Source: an uncultured bacterium
GTDB taxonomy: Bacteria; Gemmatimonadota; Gemmatimonadetes; Gemmatimonadales; Gemmatimonadaceae
Length of the DNA stretch: 14,467 nt
Reading direction: 5' to 3'
NCBI GenBank assembly: GCA_963978095.1
Contig: CAXBQP010000064.1
Location: forward strand, 1 to 14,467
A program made the translations under genes and the position numbers. The notes below the pieces were generated by a model, which saw only the letters and a program-made list of their open reading frames with translations, had not been told where the DNA came from and made no database searches. How positions within the stretch are numbered: the first letter of the stretch is position 1; the number at the start of each line of letters is the position of its first letter. Below are positions 8,008 to 14,467 of this stretch, piece after piece.

Positions 8008-9618
8008 ATGAAGAGGTTCGTGTATCGGCGCACCGCCGCCTTAGCCGTTGCCCTCCTCCCGCTCACCGCGTGCGGCGGTCGTGCACCTGCCCCGGCGCTT
8101 GGCAGCGCACCAACGACCAAGGCCGCGGCAGGTTCACCAGCGTCCACGCTTCCGCACGCCGTGATCCCGGCGCCGATGCTCGCGGAGCGAACCGGCGGCC
8201 AACCATTCGTGATCGACTCGTTCACGACCGTCACCACGGTGGCCGACGCCGGACAGCGCGATGCGGCCGTTCGCGTGGCTGAACATTTTGCCGCCCTTCT
8301 GTGGGCACCCGCCGAGCGCGCGCGGCGCGCCGCGCTGTCGGAACCGGCCAAGCGCATCCAGTTCCAACTCGATCCGGCGCGCCGAGAGTTGGCGTCGGAA
8401 GGATATACCCTTGAGGTAAAGGTTTCGGGGGTGCGAATCGTCGCCGCCACCCCAGCCGGTTTGTTCTACGCGTCACAGACGTTGCGACAACTCTTGCCTG
8501 TATCGGTCGAATATCCGGCTGCGGTGAACCGAACACTTGCCGTGGCGCCGATCACCATCCGTGATCGACCACGATACGAATGGCGCGGTGCCATGCTCGA
8601 TGTCGCGCGCCATTTCCTGCCCCTGCGCGATGTCGAGCGATTCATTGACGAAATGGCGCTCTACAAACTGAATCGGCTCCACTTGCACCTGGCCGATGAC
8701 CAAGGATGGCGCATCGAGATTCTCTCGCGCCCGAATCTGACCGCGGTGGGCGGAAGCTCGCAGGTCGGAGGGGGGCCGGGCGGCTATTACACGCAACGCG
8801 AGTATCGCGAACTCGTGGCCTATGCAGCGGACCGCTTCATCACCGTCGTCCCCGAAATCGACATGCCGGGGCACACCAATGCCGCCCTCGCCAGCTACGC
8901 GGCCCTGAACTGCGATGGCGCGGCCCGCTCCATTTACACAGGGACGGATGTCGGGTTCAGTTCGCTGTGCGTCGAGCGCGACTCGACCTATGCGTTCGTC
9001 CGGGATGTCGTGCGCGAGTTGCAGTCGCTGTCCCCGGGAGGCTACTTCCATATGGGAGGCGACGAGGTGAAAACACTCACCTCAACACAGTATCGCACCT
9101 TCGTCGAGCGGGTGCAGGCGATCGTGACTGACGCGAACATGCGGCTCATCGGTTGGGCGGACATCGCTCCCGCCGGCCTGTCATCGAGCACGATTGTCCA
9201 GCACTGGTCAAAGGACTCGCTCGCCTTGCACGTGGCGCGTGGTGGAAAAGTGATCGCGTCGCCGGGCTCCAGGACCTATCTCGACATGAAGTACGACAAC
9301 AGCACCACGCTCGGCCTGAGCTGGGCCGGCCGAATCGAAATCCAGGACGTGTTCAACTGGGATCCTACGCTCGTTCCGGGTGCCACGCCGCAATCGTTGC
9401 TCGGTGTCGAGGCGCCATTGTGGAGCGAGACGGTGACGACGATCGCCGACGCCGAGTTCCTCGCCTTCCCCCGACTGGCCGCGGTCGCGGAGGTCGGGTG
9501 GTCCCCGCGTGACGCCCGCGTCTGGGACGATTTTCGGCTGCGGCTCGCCGCACATGGGCCCCGTCTCCAGGCACTCGGCGTGAACTACTATCGTTCGACG
9601 CAGATTCCGTGGGAATGA
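8008..9618 (+). CDS. Beta-N-acetylhexosaminidase, glycoside hydrolase family 20, predicted lipoprotein
   Basis: Lipobox LTA|C (Cys22). GH20b domain EGYTL..GLFYASQTLRQL; I.DRPRYEWRGAMLDVARHF, HLHLADDQGWRIEI, PEIDMPGH, catalytic HMGGDE (Asp-Glu at 9061-9066), GVEAPLWSE, FPRLAAVAE. Confidence 0.95.
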   Translation: MKRFVYRRTAALAVALLPLTACGGRAPAPALGSAPTTKAAAGSPASTLPHAVIPAPMLAERTGGQPFVIDSFTTVTTVADAGQRDAAVRVAEHFAALLWAPAERARRAALSEPAKRIQFQLDPARRELASEGYTLEVKVSGVRIVAATPAGLFYASQTLRQLLPVSVEYPAAVNRTLAVAPITIRDRPRYEWRGAMLDVARHFLPLRDVERFIDEMALYKLNRLHLHLADDQGWRIEILSRPNLTAVGGSSQVGGGPGGYYTQREYRELVAYAADRFITVVPEIDMPGHTNAALASYAALNCDGAARSIYTGTDVGFSSLCVERDSTYAFVRDVVRELQSLSPGGYFHMGGDEVKTLTSTQYRTFVERVQAIVTDANMRLIGWADIAPAGLSSSTIVQHWSKDSLALHVARGGKVIASPGSRTYLDMKYDNSTTLGLSWAGRIEIQDVFNWDPTLVPGATPQSLLGVEAPLWSETVTTIADAEFLAFPRLAAVAEVGWSPRDARVWDDFRLRLAAHGPRLQALGVNYYRSTQIPWE

Positions 9619-10367
9619 CCCGCCTGTCGATCACCCGTCGACACTTCCTCGGTCGGCTCGGGATGCTTGGGGTGACCAGTGTTTCGTCCAGCGCGATCAG
9701 CGCGGGGCTCGCATTGTGCGCCCGCAACGCCGGAGCGGAAGCCGTGGGGAGAACCTCGGAGTTCACCTTCGCACGCCTGCGGTATGACTCCGGCGACTGG
9801 GACTACAACCCGAAGGTGTGTGCCAACGTCCTCGACGCGCTCATCCAGTACACCACGATCCCCGTCCATGAACAGGAGGTCGTCATCACGGCCGACTCGG
9901 CGGAGCTCGGGGCGTTTCCATTCCTCTTCATGACGGGTCACAAGCTCGTGCGCTTCAGCGCCAAGGAGCGGGCGGGGATCGTACGCTTTGTCGAGAGTGG
10001 CGGAATGCTGCTCTCGGACGACTGCAATCATGATGTCAACGGGTTGTATGCACAGTCGTTCGAGGCGGAGATGCGCAAGGCGTTCCCTGCTCCTCCCGGC
10101 TTGGTGAAGGTCGGCAAGACGCACCCGATCTACCGATCATTGTTCGCCTTTGACGGCCCACCACAGACCAGTCATGAAGTGAATGGATGGGGTGACAATG
10201 TCGTCCACGATTACGTGCGCGGGATCGAGCAGCGAGGCCGGCTCGGGGTCGTCTACACGAATCAGGACTACGGCTGCGAGTGGGACTATTCTTGGAAGAA
10301 CAAGCGGTTCCGCACCAAGGACAACACCAAGTTCGCGGTCAACCTGGTCGTCTACGCGATGACGTAG
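9615..10367 (+). CDS. DUF4159 domain protein with twin-arginine (Tat) signal
   Basis: ATG 9615 overlaps the GH20 stop codon (ATGA). TRRHFL is followed by a hydrophobic stretch. FTFARLRY.SGDWD, FPFLFMTGH, GGML..DDC, HPIY and DYGCEW match my recollection of the DUF4159 pattern. Confidence 0.8.
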   Translation: MTRLSITRRHFLGRLGMLGVTSVSSSAISAGLALCARNAGAEAVGRTSEFTFARLRYDSGDWDYNPKVCANVLDALIQYTTIPVHEQEVVITADSAELGAFPFLFMTGHKLVRFSAKERAGIVRFVESGGMLLSDDCNHDVNGLYAQSFEAEMRKAFPAPPGLVKVGKTHPIYRSLFAFDGPPQTSHEVNGWGDNVVHDYVRGIEQRGRLGVVYTNQDYGCEWDYSWKNKRFRTKDNTKFAVNLVVYAMT

Positions 10368-10382
10368 ACGCGGGCCGCAGGC

Positions 10383-13300
10383 TCAAATCGCCTGGGGCGT
10401 GCCCGGGGTGCCAGGTGTACCCGGCGTTTGCGGTGTCTTCGGATCGGCCTTCGGGTCGGCCTTCGGGTCGGCCTTCGGGTCCGCCTTCGGGTCCGCCTTC
10501 GGGTCCGCCTTCGGGGTGGCGGACTGTCCGGCACCGGGCCGTGGCTGAGCACCCGGCCCAATCGGGCTGGCATTACCGCCGCGAGGCGGCTCCGCGCCCT
10601 GCTGGTTTTGCTCGCGGCTCTGTTGCACGCGCTGCTCGAGCTGCTGCTGCTCCTGTTGCTTCTCGAACTCCTTCTGCTGCTTGGGATTCAGGCGAAGCTC
10701 ACGGCCGGGATTGGTGCTCGGCGACCCCACGAAGGTCACGGCACGGCGCTGCGGGACGACCTTGAACTCGACATCCACTTTCTGGCCGGCGTTGACACGC
10801 ACTGGGATCTGCTCTTCGGCGAACACATAGTGGTCGGGAATGTCGCTCTCGCGGATCCTCAGGACATATGAGCCAGGCCGCAGCGTGCCGAACTCCAATC
10901 GACCCTTGTCGTCGGTGGCCGAGTACACCGTATCCCGGTCACTCATGATCGCGACCAGAACGTTGGACACCACCCCCGCGTCGATCAACGAGTCCGCACG
11001 CGCTCCGATGGTTCCGCCGGCGGGATCGAAGCGCCGCACCAGCGCGCGCACGGCGGCGCCGCGCATCATGGATACATCGAACCGTACCGGCTCCTTCATA
11101 TCCTGGGCCAGATTCACCGCGACATCGCCCACCAGCAGCTCGCCGTGCATCTGCATCACGCCGTCGATTTCGACCTTGTGCACCCCCGGCGGGAGTCCTC
11201 GGAACATGACTTGTCCCTCGTCGTCCGTCACGGCAGCCTGATCACCAAGTCGAACCATCGCCCCTGCGACCGGAGCGCCCGTGGCCGCGTCTCGGATGCG
11301 GCCGATCGCACGCCCCGGCTCCCGCATCGGACCGGTCGGCATGCCGATGGGGCGACGGACTTCCAGGAAATAGCCGGCGGCATTTGGCGTACCATATAGT
11401 GATGCGCGCTGCAACACTTGTGCGCGAATGCCGATGGTGGTCCCGTCGATGAAGCTGCGATCGAGGCGGATGTCGCTCTGGCCGAACCACACGCCGGAAC
11501 CATCATAGTCGCCGAGTGTCGCACGTTGCGCCGACGACGAGACCTGCAGCTCCATCCGCCATGGCAGGTGCACCTGCGCGTTGACCCCGGAGGCGAGAAT
11601 GCCGGCCGCACCCGCCGACAGTGTGCGCCCGTTGCTGCTGGAGCCATACAGATTGATGGCTCCCATTGATCCGAGGTCCGCGCGGAGGCTGAGCGACGCC
11701 GCTTCATACCCCGACAGCGTTCCCTTCAACAGATCCATCGCCTCGCCATGTTCAGCGGCGCCGCTGATGCTGAACGCGCCAAAGCGTGCCGAGGCAGTGG
11801 CGCGCAGGGTGCGCTGCGATCCATTCACCGCGACGACCGACGCGAACTGGTCCATGCGGGTGAGATTGCCGTACTCCAAGGAGAAGATCCCTCCCCACCC
11901 AATAGCCAGCGACAGATTTCGGCTGCGCTGCTCGGTCGGAGCGTTCGGCAAGAACGGCGGATGCCAGTCGCGCATCCCGCCATTCAGCGTGAACGAAAGC
12001 TTTTGAATCGGATTGAACTGCAGATACCCTTCCTGAATGTCGCCACCGCGCATCGGTCCAGTGAAATTCGGATCCGCCTTGGTCAGACCGATGTTGTAGC
12101 TCCACTGGGAGTTCTGCCCCATGACGCGCAACCGCGCAGCCCGTCCGTATTGCGCGGCGGAGTCGCTTTCCGCGGTCTCCAACTGCAGTGATCCGGACAA
12201 CGGGAGCGACGCTTCAAGACCGACGCTTCGCACCCCGCTCTTGGTCAACTCGTCTCCCCCCCGCTCGACGACGGTGCCGTAGAGCCACCCCAGCGAAGTC
12301 GGCAGACCGATCCGGGTTCCGATTTCGGGCGCGGCGTTGATGATCCATTGCGGCCGTTCGACGTACGCGCCGGACTGGAACCACCGCCCGGTCACGTCGA
12401 ACTGCGCCCCAGAGCCGAGAAAGCCGCCGCTCGTGAGCGGCGTGTAACCGAACATGTCGCTCCCCAGACGGAGCCGCCAGCGATCGTTCCGGAACGTCGC
12501 CCGGTATTCTTCACGTTCGCCGAACCCGAACTGCGATGTGCGGTTCGTCGGCGCCGACGCGTTGAAGGCGACCGTCGTGTTGTTGTCGGGCAAGAGCCCG
12601 CCACCCTGGATCGTCACCGGGGCCACGCCCGCGGCGTATCCACCACCGCGCACCGACAGCATCGCGGGCACCGAGGCAAACCGATCCGACACGATCCCCT
12701 TGGGAACGAAGGTCGTGCGGAAATTCGCCTTGCTCGTGACCGACCGGTCCGCGCGGTCGGTCGCTCGCAGTTCGAGATTGTCGTCGATCGCACGCGCCAG
12801 CGTGCTCGGCGCAGCCCCCGAGACAACGACGATGATCGTGGAGCCCGGCGCCAACGCAGCCGCCGAGGGTTCGGTGCGCACACCGAGGCGCTGGAGGGAT
12901 TGTCCTTCGAATGCCACCTGCGATACCACGTTCCCGCGATTGCGCACGAGGAATCGTGCGGCGACCGGAGCGCCTGTGGCCACCCAGCCCGGCGCATCCA
13001 GCGGAATCACTTCGATCTCGCGATGCTCGTCGATGGCTACGACCAGGGAGTCGCCCGCGCCGCCGTCGATGTGGGCCTGTACGACATAGCGCCCCGCCGT
13101 CGTGCCACGCCCTGCACTGACGCTGAAGATCAGGAGATCTTGGGCACCGGCATGGATGACCGCGTCACCCGAACCGCCAATGACCTGCCAACCGCTGGGC
13201 AATGACAACGAGACACGCGCCGACCGGCCTTCGGTGTTGAGATTCCTGACCTTGAAGGTGGCATTGAAGGCGGTACCCGCTGAGATGGAGAGCGGCGCCT

Positions 13301-13430
13301 TGCGCACACTACGCACATCGACGGTGTCCTGAGCGCGCAGCTCGTGCCCCAGGCCGCAGAGCGCAAAAGCGCCGCCCGCCAAACGGCGAGCGAGCGCGAA
13401 GCGTCGGACAGTCCTGGGGATGCGTCGCAT
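10383..13430 (-). CDS. Large exported protein: two N-terminal Ig-like (NEW3/COG1470-like) domains, putative outer-membrane beta-barrel, two carboxypeptidase-regulatory/SdrD-B-like domains, low-complexity tail (usher-like architecture)
   Basis: 1015-aa ORF with signal peptide ending LRA|QD. F.VRN..LSLPSGW and FLVRNRGN..LAPG motifs suggest Ig folds. A long central region has alternating amphipathic strands. Two TDD.G...F..L.PG repeats follow. The ORF is solid; the function is inferred. Confidence 0.7.
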   Translation of the reverse strand: MRRIPRTVRRFALARRLAGGAFALCGLGHELRAQDTVDVRSVRKAPLSISAGTAFNATFKVRNLNTEGRSARVSLSLPSGWQVIGGSGDAVIHAGAQDLLIFSVSAGRGTTAGRYVVQAHIDGGAGDSLVVAIDEHREIEVIPLDAPGWVATGAPVAARFLVRNRGNVVSQVAFEGQSLQRLGVRTEPSAAALAPGSTIIVVVSGAAPSTLARAIDDNLELRATDRADRSVTSKANFRTTFVPKGIVSDRFASVPAMLSVRGGGYAAGVAPVTIQGGGLLPDNNTTVAFNASAPTNRTSQFGFGEREEYRATFRNDRWRLRLGSDMFGYTPLTSGGFLGSGAQFDVTGRWFQSGAYVERPQWIINAAPEIGTRIGLPTSLGWLYGTVVERGGDELTKSGVRSVGLEASLPLSGSLQLETAESDSAAQYGRAARLRVMGQNSQWSYNIGLTKADPNFTGPMRGGDIQEGYLQFNPIQKLSFTLNGGMRDWHPPFLPNAPTEQRSRNLSLAIGWGGIFSLEYGNLTRMDQFASVVAVNGSQRTLRATASARFGAFSISGAAEHGEAMDLLKGTLSGYEAASLSLRADLGSMGAINLYGSSSNGRTLSAGAAGILASGVNAQVHLPWRMELQVSSSAQRATLGDYDGSGVWFGQSDIRLDRSFIDGTTIGIRAQVLQRASLYGTPNAAGYFLEVRRPIGMPTGPMREPGRAIGRIRDAATGAPVAGAMVRLGDQAAVTDDEGQVMFRGLPPGVHKVEIDGVMQMHGELLVGDVAVNLAQDMKEPVRFDVSMMRGAAVRALVRRFDPAGGTIGARADSLIDAGVVSNVLVAIMSDRDTVYSATDDKGRLEFGTLRPGSYVLRIRESDIPDHYVFAEEQIPVRVNAGQKVDVEFKVVPQRRAVTFVGSPSTNPGRELRLNPKQQKEFEKQQEQQQLEQRVQQSREQNQQGAEPPRGGNASPIGPGAQPRPGAGQSATPKADPKADPKADPKADPKADPKADPKTPQTPGTPGTPGTPQAI
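10437..10514 (-). repeat. 12-bp tandem repeat x6.5 encoding (PKAD)6-PK
   Basis: On the - strand: 3x CCGAAGGCGGAC, 2x CCGAAGGCCGAC, 1x CCGAAGGCCGAT, then CCGAAG. It is followed by degenerate 9-bp units (10392-10436) encoding TPQ-TPG-TPG-TPG-TPQ. Confidence 0.95.
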
Positions 13431-13439
13431 GTCGATCGG

Positions 13440-14282
13440 TTAGAACTTGAGCGCCAGCTGCTTCGCGAAGACGGCATCTTCACCAGTATCGGCGAACAGG
13501 ACCGCTTTGTAAGACCCTGGGGGAAGCACCCCCAGATCGAAGTGCTGCCGGAGCGAGGACCCCGGATACAGGAGCCCTCGCGACTGTTTGGCTTGAGCGC
13601 GGAGCGTTCCCTGCTCGTCGTAGACCTCGATCCACAACACCGGGCGGTACGCGCGTTCCCCCGAGTTCGCGACATCGACCTCCAGGGCCGAACTCTTGGC
13701 AGGGGTCAGTCCCAGCCGCTCGCCGTCAAACACGACCGCGCGCGATCCTGGATTTCGCAAGTGCGTCGCGACCTGCACCGCATAGCGGATCACCGCACCG
13801 ATAGAAACAGTCCCTTTCTTGGAATCGTTGACTGCCGGCGACGGGGGGGCTCCTTCGACGATGATGGTGCTCCAAAAACTCCCGCTCAGCGATTCACGCG
13901 CGGGCACGGCGACGGTGTAGGCAACCGTCACGGTACCGCCCGCCGGCACCAGCACGCGGTTCGTCTGTAGGGCAATCCACGATGCGTTCGAGCGGTCCAT
14001 GGCGCCGGCCTCGCCGTACTCCGTGGTCCCGTCGGCCTTGAAGCTGTAGTCCGTGAGGAAGATTCGCGCGGTCTGCGCTTCCCCGCTGGGGTTTGCGATC
14101 ACGATGGTGCCGGTGTAGCGCTCGCCCGGCGCCGCATTCCGCTCCTCGACCGTGTTGGTGAGGACCGAGAGCTGGGCGTGCGCGGTGCGCGGCGCGAAGC
14201 TCGTGATGGCGGCGACTGAAGCCGCAACGGCAAGGCGAATGGCGAGCATCCGGGTGGCACTCCGGCGAGAGGTCAGGGACAT
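13440..14282 (-). CDS. Exported two-domain beta-sandwich protein, fimbrial-chaperone-like / DUF916 (WxL-interacting)-like
   Basis: 280 aa; signal peptide ending AHA|Q (alternative start 14249). Domain 1: PGERYTGTIVIAN..TDY...DG...Y.....RSNASWI..VPAG...V.YTV.VP...GSFWSTIIVE. Domain 2: VANSGE..VYDEQG..LYPG..LPPGSY.A. Ends 9 nt before the start of the 1015-aa gene. Confidence 0.7.
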   Translation of the reverse strand: MSLTSRRSATRMLAIRLAVAASVAAITSFAPRTAHAQLSVLTNTVEERNAAPGERYTGTIVIANPSGEAQTARIFLTDYSFKADGTTEYGEAGAMDRSNASWIALQTNRVLVPAGGTVTVAYTVAVPARESLSGSFWSTIIVEGAPPSPAVNDSKKGTVSIGAVIRYAVQVATHLRNPGSRAVVFDGERLGLTPAKSSALEVDVANSGERAYRPVLWIEVYDEQGTLRAQAKQSRGLLYPGSSLRQHFDLGVLPPGSYKAVLFADTGEDAVFAKQLALKF

Positions 14283-14410
14283 GGTACGCTCGACGTCGTG
14301 GAGTTCTGCCGAACCAGACAGTAGTAGACCGTGATTCCCTGCGTCTGCGGGGCAACAGCGCTCGTCGCAGAAATCGTGTACGTGATCGCATACGGCGTCA
14401 GCGACGGATG
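14273..14410 (-). CDS. 3' fragment of an upstream gene (45 aa visible), beta-rich, possible fibre subunit; truncated by the contig end/adapter
   Basis: HPSLTPYAITYTISATSAVAPQTQGITVYYCLVRQNSTTSSVPCP* is Thr/Ser/Tyr-rich with beta-strand alternation, unlike the Arg/Pro-rich shadow frames. Its 3' end overlaps the next gene's 14282 start by 10 nt. Confidence 0.6.
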   Translation of the reverse strand, partial: HPSLTPYAITYTISATSAVAPQTQGITVYYCLVRQNSTTSSVPCP

Positions 14411-14467
14411 AGATCGGAAGAGCGTCGTGTAGGGAAAGAGTGTAGATCTCGGTGGTCGCCGTATCAT
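14411..14467 (+). other. Illumina TruSeq universal (P5/read-2 read-through) adapter, technical artefact
   Basis: AGATCGGAAGAGCGTCGTGTAGGGAAAGAGTGTAGATCTCGGTGGTCGCCGTATCAT is the reverse complement of the TruSeq universal adapter lacking its last base. It translates on - to the known spurious peptide MIRRPPRSTLFPYTTLFRS. Confidence 0.99.

Noticed and set aside
10437..10514. Repeat array as CRISPR or REP element
   Set aside because: Contiguous 12-bp units with no spacers, in frame within a CDS, and no cas genes nearby.
10280..10765. + strand ORF with PSGR/PSGP repeats
   Set aside because: Antisense reading of the PKAD repeat; it overlaps two supported genes.
14250..14282. SRR near the chaperone-like N-terminus (and VRRF in the 1015-aa protein) as Tat motifs
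   Set aside because: Neither fits S/T-R-R-x-F-L; they are more simply basic Sec n-regions.
14273..14467. 64-aa ORF as a complete small protein
   Set aside because: The first 19 residues, including the ATG, are Illumina adapter; only 14273-14410 is genomic.

Overview
GC-rich bacterial window whose gene repertoire and style (TonB C-terminal-domain protein, several secreted M28/S45 hydrolases, GRGG-rich insertion, Tat-exported DUF4159) suggest a Gemmatimonadota-like diderm; this taxonomy is inference only. Left part: a TonB-CTD protein and an HI0933/YhiN-family flavoprotein on +, converging on an M28 peptidase on -. Middle: a divergently transcribed run of exported proteins (S45 Ntn-hydrolase acylase, M28 lipoprotein, GH20 beta-N-acetylhexosaminidase lipoprotein, Tat DUF4159 protein). 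Right part (- strand, 10383-14410): a tightly coupled three-gene operon made of a truncated beta-rich small protein, a two-domain chaperone-like protein and a 1015-aa protein with usher-like architecture. This operon is the best candidate for an uncharacterised system, possibly a non-canonical chaperone-usher-like surface fibre pathway. The last 57 nt (14411-14467) are Illumina adapter, not genome. All family calls come from motif recognition by eye, without database searches.
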